A stretch of 20,000 nucleotides of DNA from an uncultured virus (IMG/VR IMGVR_UViG_3300032227_002278) (IMGVR_UViG_3300032227_002278); one strand, 5' to 3'. Positions 1-7,900 are shown, counted from the stretch's first letter. Numbers and translations: made by a program. Notes: a model not told the origin generated them from the letters alone.

Positions 1-132
1 CTTCCACAAGATCACCCATTGTATATTCAATTTATGAAAGATGCAGAAGAACAATCTAATGTTCCTGCTCTGGAAATTGGAGATGAAGAAAGTATTTCTT
101 ATTTCAACAAGTATATCACAGGAGATAGGTAA
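1..132 (+). CDS. 3' end of a hypothetical protein (partial, runs off the window start)
   Basis: Frame 1 is open from base 1 (LPQDHPLYIQF...YITGDR) to TAA at 130-132, abutting the ATG at 133. Confidence 0.7.
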   Translation, partial: LPQDHPLYIQFMKDAEEQSNVPALEIGDEESISYFNKYITGDR

Positions 133-600
133 ATGGATATTAGTTTCTCTCAGTTGGTTTCTACTGTCATTCGTAAACATGGCATTAAATCCATAGAAAT
201 TGAATTTGCTGGAAGTGGAGATGAAGGTTACCTAGAAGAACCAGAAGTTTCATATGAAACTGATATTGATGAAAGCTCTAAAATAACTTATAGCGAAAAA
301 ATCAATACAGATATATCAAAGATTGTTAACTCTGCAAGTGAAGAATGCGGATTACTAGATAATCTAAATGAATTTTTAGATACTGAATATATTAAAGGTG
401 AATTTGTTTATAACTATAAAGAACATATTTTTCGCTTATTAAAAGAATGGGTTTTGTGGTATCTGGATAATGAATATACAGGCTGGCAGGATAATGATGG
501 TATACATGGCAAATTTGTTTGGAGTGCAGATAAAGATACCTGTCAGTTTATTCGCAATATACCAATAACAACATTCGAAGAATACGAAGAACAGATTTAG
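133..600 (+). CDS. DUF6878-like hypothetical protein
   Basis: 155 aa; GGAG RBS at 121; motifs GIKSIEIEFAGSGDEG and GWQDNDGIHGKF resemble DUF6878 as recalled. Confidence 0.7.
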   Translation: MDISFSQLVSTVIRKHGIKSIEIEFAGSGDEGYLEEPEVSYETDIDESSKITYSEKINTDISKIVNSASEECGLLDNLNEFLDTEYIKGEFVYNYKEHIFRLLKEWVLWYLDNEYTGWQDNDGIHGKFVWSADKDTCQFIRNIPITTFEEYEEQI

Positions 601-654
601 AATTACGATAATTCAAAAGACTGTTCTTTTAGGTGTAACACAAAGGAGTAAGTT

Positions 655-1113
655 ATGCAAATTACACTCATGCGTGGTCTTCCTGGTTCTGGCAAGTCTT
701 TTATAGCCAATAACATGGAAGGAACAGTACTATCCACCGATGACTTCTTCACCACAGAAGGTGGATACGATTTCGAGCCTACCCAAATCGGTCAAGCTCA
801 CGCTTGGAACCAACAAAGGACAGAAACTGCCATGATGAAGGGAGATTCCCATATCATCGTGGATAATACCAATATCATGTTCTGGGAAATGAAACCCTAT
901 ATCCTCCTCGCTGAAAAATATGGATATGAAATCGAATGGGTAGAAGCCCAATCCGAATGGGCTTGGAATCCAGAAGAATGCCATAAAAGAAATAAACATG
1001 GCGTTCCCCTAGAAGTTATACAGACAATGTTGAATAAGTACCAGAAATTGCCCAAACAAGGGGCTAAGGAAGCTATACTCACCGCTAAGGCTCCTTGGGA
1101 GGGGCAGGTATGA
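655..1113 (+). CDS. P-loop kinase, AAA_33 / N4BP2-like polynucleotide kinase family
   Basis: Walker A MRGLPGSGKS, plus STDDFF, AHAWNQ, IIVDNTN, WEMKPY and RNKHGVP motifs; AAGGAG RBS. Confidence 0.85.
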   Translation: MQITLMRGLPGSGKSFIANNMEGTVLSTDDFFTTEGGYDFEPTQIGQAHAWNQQRTETAMMKGDSHIIVDNTNIMFWEMKPYILLAEKYGYEIEWVEAQSEWAWNPEECHKRNKHGVPLEVIQTMLNKYQKLPKQGAKEAILTAKAPWEGQV

Positions 1114-1340
1114 AAATAGGTATTAAATGTCATGGAAACTCTTGGTATTCATGGCAGACTAATTCATTTGGTGACCTAAGCTGTTTTCATTGGCAGTATA
1201 CTACTGATTATGCACCTTATAATAAGTGTTTCCGTATGAATGCTGGCAAAGGGCATCCTATATTAGAGGTTTCGGTATCATCCATGTTCTCGAGAGATAC
1301 ATTAGGGATTAATTTGAAAACCTACAAAAGTAGAAGGTAA
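1110..1340 (+). CDS. hypothetical protein
   Basis: ATG at 1110 overlaps the TGA stop of the kinase (ATGA coupling); 76 aa. Confidence 0.6.
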   Translation: MKIGIKCHGNSWYSWQTNSFGDLSCFHWQYTTDYAPYNKCFRMNAGKGHPILEVSVSSMFSRDTLGINLKTYKSRR

Positions 1341-1350
1341 GATTTTGGGG

Positions 1351-1378
1351 TTGACTGTGGTTGGTTTAGTGATATAAT
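1351..1378 (+). promoter_or_regulatory. sigma70-type promoter for the tRNA cluster
   Basis: TTGACT (1351-1356), 16 nt, TATAAT (1373-1378) with extended -10 TG; 11 nt upstream of the tRNA 5' end. Confidence 0.75.
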
Positions 1379-1423
1379 GATTTTCTGTAGGGCTCTTAGC
1401 TCAATTGGTTAGAGCAAACCGCT

Positions 1424-1930
1424 TAAAAGGAGGAACCCTAAACAACAAATGTCGGATTGTGTACTTCGGCATGGCAATTCATACAGAGAAGTTGACATTT
1501 TTCAGCTTCATCTACAAGTTTTTGCCATTTTCTGTTGGAACACGAACGAATGTCAAGATTAAAGCTTTTTACTGATGGATCGAGATGATGGAATGAAAGA
1601 GCTGCATAGTTCTTTTTATATCCACAAATTTCACATGATCCACCTTTGTTTTTAGCTAATTCGATTTTTCGTAAGTGCCCACGGTTTTGCTGGCATACAT
1701 AAGTTTGATATTTGCGGTTTGTATGATGATTTTTACAGTATTCAGAGCACCATTTGCGCTGGTTTCCTGTTAAATCTTTATTACAAGTTCCGCATGTTGC
1801 ATGGGTTTCTTTTGAAGGGCTACTATTTGTTTCCATATGATTATGTAGTTATTCATAATCATTTTTTGGAGACTTTTAGTAAAATCTGTCAAAGTCGGTG
1901 AACCCTGTAAAATGGGAATACCGAGCCAAG
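1424..1930 (+). mobile_element. 5' part of a group I intron (P1-P6), with an HNH ORF in the probable P2 loop
   Basis: GTCAAAGTCGGTGAACCCT (1888-1906) and TGGGAATACCGAGCCAAG (1913-1930) are identical to the intact intron at 9324-9342 and 9347-9364. P7, P8, P9 and the omega-G are absent. The 5' splice site follows U33 or U34. Confidence 0.75.
1438..1836 (-). CDS. HNH endonuclease (probable homing endonuclease), antisense to the intron
   Basis: GGSCEICGY...LSFHHLDP...KCQLLCMNCHAEVH HNH/zinc motif; N-terminal CxxC...WCSEYC; the only convincing minus-strand gene. Confidence 0.9.
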   Translation of the reverse strand: METNSSPSKETHATCGTCNKDLTGNQRKWCSEYCKNHHTNRKYQTYVCQQNRGHLRKIELAKNKGGSCEICGYKKNYAALSFHHLDPSVKSFNLDIRSCSNRKWQKLVDEAEKCQLLCMNCHAEVHNPTFVV

Positions 1931-1982
1931 AGCCCAAATAGATAGTTGAATTGACTTAACTTTGTGGTTATTATTATATCAT

Positions 1983-2055
1983 GCAGAGTGTGCTCGACGG
2001 TATTGAGCAGCATCCTTATAAGGTGCCACAAATGGTCCGACTCCATTACTCTGCA
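1983..2055 (+). tRNA. tRNA-Ile (anticodon TAT), non-canonical
   Basis: Acceptor GCAGAGT/ACTCTGC, D stem GCTC/GAGC, anticodon stem GCATC/GGTGC, loop CT-TAT-AA (2017-2019), T stem AATGG/CCATT. G at position 8 and T loop TCCGACT are atypical; no encoded CCA. Confidence 0.8.
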
Positions 2056-2063
2056 ATGTTATA

Positions 2064-2148
2064 GCTATCGTGGCGGAACAGGCAGACGCAACAGACTTAA
2101 AATCTGTCGGGATTATATCCCGTACCAGTTCGATTCTGGTCGATAGCA
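2064..2148 (+). tRNA. trnL: tRNA-Leu (anticodon TAA), intronless
   Basis: Acceptor GCTATCG/CGATAGC, anticodon stem ACAGA/TCTGT, TAA at 2098-2100, long variable arm CGGGA-TTATA-TCCCG, T arm ACCAG-TTCGATT-CTGGT. Confidence 0.95.
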
Positions 2149-2160
2149 TTATAATCCTTC

Positions 2161-2340
2161 CAGAATAAGTTATTTTCTGCCCAAGCAAGGGCATCCTACA
2201 CCTACACCTACACCTACACTAAATCAGCCAATAAAAAAAATCCGAAACTTTTAAAGGACAAGCAGAATAAGTTATTTTCTGTCCTAGTAAGGGCATCCTA
2301 ACTTCGCCGTTAAAATCTGTGCAAGAATAAGTTATTCTTG
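2161..2340. repeat. Intergenic repeat cluster downstream of the tRNAs
   Basis: 38-bp direct repeat at 2161-2198 and 2263-2300 (3 mismatches); (CCTACA)x4 at 2195-2218; perfect inverted repeat CAAGAATAA-G-TTATTCTTG at 2322-2340. Confidence 0.85.
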
Positions 2341-2475
2341 GGGTTGAGTGGGGGAATGGAAGAAGGCTCCGGCTCGCAACCGGAACTTTTTTAACTGATT
2401 TTGAATATTTGATCCGATAATGGAATTACGATAATTCTGAAGCGTATTCTTTTTGGTGTAAGGCGAGGAGGAAAA

Positions 2476-2913
2476 ATGCCAATAATCGAAGGTGTGATTA
2501 GATATTACGAAGAAGATGAGTTTGTTGATAAGGTAGAGTGGCTATATCAACAAAAGCATATCAACAAGGATGGTTTCTTCATTGATAAGGATGGTAATTG
2601 CATATCAACAGATGTAGATTCAAATGTTGATAGAGATACACTTTGCATATCAATACCATATGGAGAATACCAGAATCTTTCAATCAAGGATTTGGTTGTT
2701 CCTCGTTATGGCGGGGTAATAACAGAGATTGATAATATGAATGCCAAGGTTTCATATGATGGCAATGAAGATGAGTATAACTTGATTGATTGGGCGAAGG
2801 AACATTTGGTTATTGAAGATGACCATCCTAATTTCAACGAGATTGTTATAGATATTTTTCTTGATGACCACAGGGAATGCGATAAACCAACAAAGGAGTT
2901 TAACAATGGATAA
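2476..2913 (+). CDS. hypothetical protein (acidic)
   Basis: 145 aa; GAGGAGG RBS; follows the element copy at 2424. Confidence 0.8.
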   Translation: MPIIEGVIRYYEEDEFVDKVEWLYQQKHINKDGFFIDKDGNCISTDVDSNVDRDTLCISIPYGEYQNLSIKDLVVPRYGGVITEIDNMNAKVSYDGNEDEYNLIDWAKEHLVIEDDHPNFNEIVIDIFLDDHRECDKPTKEFNNG

Positions 2914-3277
2914 AGATGTATTGCATTTTAAGAGTTTGAATAAACTGGCATCAAAGTTAATGATTACAGTTGCAAATATTATGTTGGAACCATCGGGGGA
3001 AACAAATACCCGTGTTTCTGTAGCTAACCTTTGCCAACAGCTATCTGAGAAAGAAATGTATTTTGAAAGAATCAAGAAGATTATTCTTGATTTTTTCAAT
3101 AAAGAGCATGATGATAAAGACTATAATCTTGATGAAGAAAAAATTGACAATCTTATCAAAAAGTTGATTAAAGAAATCAATACAGTTACTCAAATCTCTT
3201 TAGCAGCTCATGATAAGCTTGATATGTATTGGGATGATGAGACACAAGACTTTGTTTTCAAAAGTAAAGGAGAATAA
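2906..3277 (+). CDS. hypothetical protein
   Basis: AAGGAG RBS before ATG 2906 (MDKDVLHF...); 123 aa. Confidence 0.75.
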   Translation: MDKDVLHFKSLNKLASKLMITVANIMLEPSGETNTRVSVANLCQQLSEKEMYFERIKKIILDFFNKEHDDKDYNLDEEKIDNLIKKLIKEINTVTQISLAAHDKLDMYWDDETQDFVFKSKGE

Positions 3278-3282
3278 CAAAG

Positions 3283-3582
3283 ATGTCCGCAGCAATGATG
3301 AATGAAGAAGTTGAAGGTAAAAAAGAAAATAGGAAGCGTCTAATCAAGGAAACTGAAGTAGCAGATGCTCTTATGGCTATAGTTGGAAATCCAGAAAGAT
3401 TCGTAAGTTGCAAGGCTCATCATATTAATGAGTCTTGGTATCGTGTTAATGTAAGAAGTTTTAAAGATGAAATTTCCGGTCTTATTAAACTAACCACAGT
3501 ATGTAATTCTTACTTTGTATCATTTAGAGATGGTAAGTTTATAGAAGGAGATGAAGTAATTAATCTATATCCTATTAAGTAA
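3283..3582 (+). CDS. hypothetical protein
   Basis: 99 aa; AAGGAG RBS; tightly packed with the upstream gene. Confidence 0.75.
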   Translation: MSAAMMNEEVEGKKENRKRLIKETEVADALMAIVGNPERFVSCKAHHINESWYRVNVRSFKDEISGLIKLTTVCNSYFVSFRDGKFIEGDEVINLYPIK

Positions 3583-3606
3583 TAGACTTATTAGGGTGTT
3601 GTACCT

Positions 3607-3647
3607 AAGCTTGTCCTATCCTTATTATGTGGTAGGGCAAGCTTTTT
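3607..3647 (+). terminator. probable intrinsic terminator
   Basis: AAGCTTGTCCTATC / GGTAGGGCAAGCTT stem ending in a T-run. Confidence 0.55.
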
Positions 3648-3718
3648 GAATTACGATAATTCTGAAGGCTGTTCTTTTAGTTGTCGCCGTGGTGGTGACA
3701 AACGGAGGATTTAAGAAT

Positions 3719-5146
3719 ATGCGTTATCTAATGATTGAGAATCCTGGTGTTGCTCCTGTTGAAGGCTATACTTTGTTTGGTGGAACTACTAAGCGGGAAG
3801 CTACTGATAAGCGTATTATTGGAACATTTGGTTCTGGTAACAAGCATGGTATTGCTGTTGCTTTACGCCAGAATGTTCCACCTGTTGTCTTCTGTGGTAC
3901 TCAGAAGATGTCTTTCTTCACTCAACCTAAGACCATTAAAGGTGTAGGTAGCAGTGTAGAAGTTCAACAGATTTGTGTAAAATATGGTGGCAAGTGCAAT
4001 ATTACTGGTAAGACTACTACCAGCGAGAAAGAGCTTGACCAAGCTCTGGAATATGGTGCTAAGGATTGGCAAGAATTGTCTCTTGCTTTGAGAGAGTTTG
4101 TATCTAATGCTATCGACGCTTGTTATGAGCAAGATTTGTCTCATAGCGATGTTGTTGTAGAGATTGTTGACGAGAATCAAGTAAGAGCTAAGAGTGGTCA
4201 TACTCGGGTATTCATCCCTGCCACAATGGAAGTGCAGGAGTTTAAGAAAGATTTAGGAAAGTGGTTTCTTCACTTTTCTGAACCGGAAATGCTTACTCAG
4301 TCTGTCTTTCTTAAGAAAGATCGCAATCGTAAAGAATCTCGTAATGCGGTGATATATCGCCGTGGGGTTTTGATTCGTGAGTTTGGGAATGAAGAGCATA
4401 GCAGTCTCTTCGATTACAATATCGAAGATTTGCAATTGAATGAAAGCCGTCAATCATCTGATTGGGATTGTCGCTATCATGCGTCAAAGGCTCTTATCAA
4501 CGCTAATCGTGAAATTGCTACTGTATTCCTCAAATCTCTTATTGATAGGAGTGAGAAATGGGAATCTAGCTTCGATGGCAGCTACTTAGTTTGCTCTTGG
4601 GAAAATAAGGAAGTTATAGAGAAGCGTAGCAAAATTTGGCAAGATGCTATCGAAAGCCTGCTTGGCGATAAAGGATGCTTTACTAGCACTACATTGATGC
4701 AGACTGTATCTGGTAAAGGATATATTCCTGTTATCGTCAATGAAGGTTATCATAAGTTTTTCAATACTTTGAAATTGAATACAGATAGTAAGATACTGAG
4801 TGAGCATGATTTAAATCAAAGAGACATACTTCCAGCTACTAAAGCTGTAGTGTATTGTCTTGATGATATCTGGAGTAAAATTGACTTGGTTAATCTTACT
4901 CATGGTGAGAAGAAGCCTAGTGTTTATTGCTTCCGTCAACAGACGCAAGCTGCTGCAACAACACTTGGTTTTTGGAAAGGCGATGATATCTTCATCAATG
5001 TTGATATTGCTGAAGCTATTACCGACCAGCTCCGTGATACAATTGTTGAAGAACTTTGTCATCACATCACTAAAGCTACCGATGGTAGTCGTGACTTTGC
5101 CAATTGGCTAATTCGCTTTGCTGTTGAGATGAGCAAAGCTATCTAA
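3719..5146 (+). CDS. GHKL (HATPase_c-like) ATPase with permuted motif order and a C-terminal zincin-like segment
   Basis: GGAGG RBS before ATG 3719; 475 aa; motifs IENPG, IGTFGSGNK, ALREFVSNAIDA, GHTRVFI; C-terminal TIVEELCHH...DGSRDF. Confidence 0.7.
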   Translation: MRYLMIENPGVAPVEGYTLFGGTTKREATDKRIIGTFGSGNKHGIAVALRQNVPPVVFCGTQKMSFFTQPKTIKGVGSSVEVQQICVKYGGKCNITGKTTTSEKELDQALEYGAKDWQELSLALREFVSNAIDACYEQDLSHSDVVVEIVDENQVRAKSGHTRVFIPATMEVQEFKKDLGKWFLHFSEPEMLTQSVFLKKDRNRKESRNAVIYRRGVLIREFGNEEHSSLFDYNIEDLQLNESRQSSDWDCRYHASKALINANREIATVFLKSLIDRSEKWESSFDGSYLVCSWENKEVIEKRSKIWQDAIESLLGDKGCFTSTTLMQTVSGKGYIPVIVNEGYHKFFNTLKLNTDSKILSEHDLNQRDILPATKAVVYCLDDIWSKIDLVNLTHGEKKPSVYCFRQQTQAAATTLGFWKGDDIFINVDIAEAITDQLRDTIVEELCHHITKATDGSRDFANWLIRFAVEMSKAI

Positions 5147-5148
5147 TG

Positions 5149-5182
5149 CTAGAGGGGGATATATTCCCCCTTTAGTTTTTTT
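5149..5182 (+). terminator. intrinsic terminator
   Basis: CTAGAGGGGGA-TATAT-TCCCCCTTTAG followed by T7, directly after the stop codon. Confidence 0.8.
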
Positions 5183-5206
5183 GTTTTATTCCTTGGGGGT
5201 TGTACA

Positions 5207-5482
5207 ATGGTTGATGGAGACGGGATTTTTACCAAGTTGAGAGTGAAGGACAAGACAGGTGCTTTTATCTCCAAGGAAGAATTGGAAATTGAAGTTGAAG
5301 CAAGGATGAATGAAAGCGATAAAGACCCTGCGTGGGTATGTAAGATTCGTTTTGCTGAGGATGGGATTCATCATGAGATATATTGGGATGGTAAGTTTGC
5401 TGGAAGAAAGATTCAATCATATTCGACTTTTGAAGGGGTTTTAGACTCTAACTTTTGCACAATTGCTGGTGATTTTATTTAA
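5207..5482 (+). CDS. hypothetical protein
   Basis: 91-aa ORF in the co-oriented gene run. Confidence 0.65.
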   Translation: MVDGDGIFTKLRVKDKTGAFISKEELEIEVEARMNESDKDPAWVCKIRFAEDGIHHEIYWDGKFAGRKIQSYSTFEGVLDSNFCTIAGDFI

Positions 5483-5494
5483 AGGAGAACAACT

Positions 5495-5701
5495 ATGAAA
5501 TCGGTTATTCATCTTCGGAAGTGGATTGCAGAACAATTGAAACAAGTTGATGGTAATGATGATGTAAATCATGTTCTTAGATATATTCGTAGAAAAACAG
5601 ATCATCCATGTTATACGGAAGATGAAGTTATTTTAGAACAATGGAGATCTTTTTTGTCTGAGATTGATTGTTATGAAATTTTGAGAACTGAATTACGATA
5701 A
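5495..5701 (+). CDS. hypothetical protein
   Basis: AAGGAG RBS; 68 aa; the last codons ELR* are supplied by the repeat element. Confidence 0.75.
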   Translation: MKSVIHLRKWIAEQLKQVDGNDDVNHVLRYIRRKTDHPCYTEDEVILEQWRSFLSEIDCYEILRTELR

Positions 5702-5758
5702 TTCCTTGTCTCTTTCTTTTAGTTGTCGCCGTGGTGGCAACTAATTATAGGAGTATTT

Positions 5759-6133
5759 ATGGCTCATCCTTATCATCATTCATTAAGTTCTGTTAAGAAG
5801 TTTGGCGGAGTTCCCCAAGACTACGAAAAAATTCATTCTTGGTTTGATGAAACCAAGTCGCATTTTGCCGATTTTAGGCATCGTGCATTGCGTCATCATT
5901 CATTGGGCATATTTTGGTGTGAAGAGAAGTTTGGTATTACTATAACCAATTCTGACGGCAAGGAAGTTCCTGTTCGTTTAATTGGCGAACAGCACGTCCG
6001 TGAGGATTGTGGTAAGATTCCCAGTATTCAAGACTGGTTTTCACAGATTAAGCCAGCTCGTTGGATGGGAGAACCGCCTGTCAAACTGGAAAGGGTTTTG
6101 GAAGAATCTTCCGAAGTTGTGGAATTACGATAA
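5759..6133 (+). CDS. DUF6915-like protein
   Basis: AGGAG RBS before ATG 5759; MAHPYHHSLSS...IHSWFDETK...RHRALRHHS...IGEQHVREDCG.IPSIQDW matches DUF6915 as recalled. Confidence 0.8.
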   Translation: MAHPYHHSLSSVKKFGGVPQDYEKIHSWFDETKSHFADFRHRALRHHSLGIFWCEEKFGITITNSDGKEVPVRLIGEQHVREDCGKIPSIQDWFSQIKPARWMGEPPVKLERVLEESSEVVELR

Positions 6134-6187
6134 TTCCAGACCTCATTCTTTTAGGTGTCACCGGGGTGGTGACAAGGAGGAACTAAA

Positions 6188-6502
6188 ATGTTTGGCGAAC
6201 CTATCTTTTCTTATACCGCTCAAGATGCTTTAGATGATGGGGTGTTTCAGCAACCTTTCCCCAAGGAATATCCTGGTGTACTGCTTACAGAGGCTGTAAG
6301 CACGGCTTGCTTAACTAAAAATGATGGAAGGACATTTAACCAATGCGCCTTTCCTCTGGTTATGGACGCTGTAATGGCTGTTCAAGCCAAAAAGAATCCC
6401 AAAGATGGTTTCTGGAAGCTGGAAGAAACTGTCGCTGGAACTGTTTGGATTTTTCCAAATGAGTTTGGTTCTATCACAATTATGAAACCAGAGGAATATT
6501 GA
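6188..6502 (+). CDS. DUF6573-like protein
   Basis: FGEPIFSYTAQDALDDGV N-terminus and ITIMKPEEY C-terminus; AAGGAGG RBS. Confidence 0.7.
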   Translation: MFGEPIFSYTAQDALDDGVFQQPFPKEYPGVLLTEAVSTACLTKNDGRTFNQCAFPLVMDAVMAVQAKKNPKDGFWKLEETVAGTVWIFPNEFGSITIMKPEEY

Positions 6503-6678
6503 TGGATATTGTATATGTTGAATATGCTCCCCTTAAAGAGTATGAGGTGACTTATACTCTCAAGGGGAAGAAGTATCAAGATGTTGTCCGAGCAAACTCT
6601 AGCACAGATGCTAGAGAACTTGTTAAGACAAGATATAAAGATGCTCGTATTATTTCAGTTAGGGAAACAAAGAAATAG
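6502..6678 (+). CDS. small hypothetical protein (58 aa, absent from the ORF track)
   Basis: ATG overlaps the upstream TGA; MDIVYVEYAPLKEYEVTYTLKGKKYQDVVRANSSTDARELVKTRYKDARIISVRETKK. Confidence 0.65.
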   Translation: MDIVYVEYAPLKEYEVTYTLKGKKYQDVVRANSSTDARELVKTRYKDARIISVRETKK

Positions 6679-6686
6679 GAGGATAT

Positions 6687-6767
6687 ATGGGGTTTGCAAT
6701 TGGTGTTGTAGCTGGTCTTGTTTTTATTGCAGCATTAGGAAATATAAAAGTTGAGGAAAGGAATTAG
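6687..6767 (+). CDS. putative 26-aa membrane peptide
   Basis: AGGAGG RBS; MGFAIGVVAGLVFIAALGNIKVEERN; exactly fills the gap to the next element. Confidence 0.5.
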   Translation: MGFAIGVVAGLVFIAALGNIKVEERN

Positions 6768-6817
6768 ATTACGATAATTCTGTAGTATAGTCTTTCAAGT
6801 GTTAAAAGGAGGAAAAA

Positions 6818-7369
6818 ATGAACAGGAAGATGGTAGACGACAAGTATTTCAACAAATTTATATACGATAGACTTCAGAAGATAACTGATGCCATCGTTGT
6901 TTGCAAAACACTTGCTGTCAAGTATCCAGAGGTTCCACTTGGTTCATTTGATTTAGAATATATATTCAGAATTAGAAGTATGATTCCTTCAGGTGTATTT
7001 CCTGCAGCAGTGATTTACGCTGTTGGGAAGAATCCTCTTGCTCCTGTTGAAGATATATTTGATATTTTCATTGATTATATATTTGAATTTCGTGCTCATA
7101 TGGCTGGCTGTTGCTATGATTGTTGGGAAAATGTTTATGATATTGATGAATATTCCTTTGTTCTTCATAAGAAGATATGGAATAAAGCTGCCAAAAAGCA
7201 GAAAGAGCATTTTCTTTGCATCGAATGTATAGAAGACAGGCTCAAAAGGGAGTTGGAACCAGAGGATTTTAATTGGGAAGTTCCACTAAATGGTCCCGAT
7301 GAAATTCGTAGCAAAAGGCTTGAATCAAGAATGTATGGCGAAGATTACGATGAATGTTGGTACTGTTAG
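6818..7369 (+). CDS. hypothetical protein with C-terminal Cys-pair (zinc-binding) domain
   Basis: AGGAGG RBS; CYDC...LCIECIEDRLKRELEPEDF. Confidence 0.8.
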   Translation: MNRKMVDDKYFNKFIYDRLQKITDAIVVCKTLAVKYPEVPLGSFDLEYIFRIRSMIPSGVFPAAVIYAVGKNPLAPVEDIFDIFIDYIFEFRAHMAGCCYDCWENVYDIDEYSFVLHKKIWNKAAKKQKEHFLCIECIEDRLKRELEPEDFNWEVPLNGPDEIRSKRLESRMYGEDYDECWYC

Positions 7370-7380
7370 GTGTGACAATT

Positions 7381-7839
7381 ATGAATATATTCGCTCTTTC
7401 AAAAGACCATTTAGAATGTGCTATGTGGCACAATAATAAACATTGTTCTAAAATGATTTTAGAACACACTCAAATGTTATGCACGACACTTAATTTTTTA
7501 GGTGTAGACTCACCATATCGTTCTGTTCATAAAAATCATCCATGTAGAATATGGACAGGAACTAATAGAGCTAATTTTGTTTGGCTTTGTGAACTTACAT
7601 TTTATTTGGGGGAGGAATTTACATTTCGATATGGCAAGAAACATAAAAGTGTAGAGGTTGCAAATTTCTGCTTTAAACATAAAGATGTTTTGCCAGAGGG
7701 GGAATTAACAAAGTTTGCTTTGGCTATGCCAGATGAGTATAAAGTTTCATGTTCTATTGAATCTTATAGAAATTATTATAAAGGTGCCAAAAAACATTTG
7801 GCAAATTGGGGTCCAAGAGAAAAACCATACTGGTATTAA
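7381..7839 (+). CDS. pyrimidine dimer DNA glycosylase / endonuclease V family protein
   Basis: MNIFAL...KHCSKMILEHTQML...HKNHPCRIW...NFVWL...EFTFRYGKKH...AMPDEYK...YRNYY. Confidence 0.85.
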   Translation: MNIFALSKDHLECAMWHNNKHCSKMILEHTQMLCTTLNFLGVDSPYRSVHKNHPCRIWTGTNRANFVWLCELTFYLGEEFTFRYGKKHKSVEVANFCFKHKDVLPEGELTKFALAMPDEYKVSCSIESYRNYYKGAKKHLANWGPREKPYWY

Positions 7840-7863
7840 GTTTTTTTTCTTGGAAGAAACGAC

Positions 7864-7892
7864 TTGTTCCAGACTTTGTCCTATGATATAAG
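7864..7892 (+). promoter_or_regulatory. possible sigma70-type promoter
   Basis: TTGTTC, 17 nt, TATAAG with extended -10 TG; upstream of a structured leader. Confidence 0.4.
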
Positions 7893-7900
7893 TGTGAGCT

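Larger units (their letters stand above)
1390..1936 (+). pseudogene. Interrupted and truncated Ile/Met-like tRNA gene (5' exon, partial group I intron, acceptor 3' strand)
   Basis: 5' half GGGCTCT-TA-GCTC-AATTGGTTA-GAGC-A-AACCG-CT (1390-1423). The complementary acceptor strand AGAGCCC-A lies at 1929-1936. There is no 3' anticodon strand or T arm, and the anticodon cannot be determined. Confidence 0.7.

Noticed and set aside
1390..1435. Intact tRNA-Leu(TAA) from the CT-TAA-AA sequence
   Set aside because: The following GGAGG cannot pair with AACCG and no T arm follows; it fits the start of an intron
1885..1930. Half intron completed in trans by the tRNA-Arg intron
   Set aside because: Its P3 strand TCTGTC pairs poorly with GACGCA of the Arg intron, and the Arg 3' exon does not match its acceptor stem
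7343..7378. 28th copy of the element (GATTACGATGAAT...TTAGGTGT)
   Set aside because: The dyad is broken, spacing to GTGT is 5 nt short, and it lies within coding sequence
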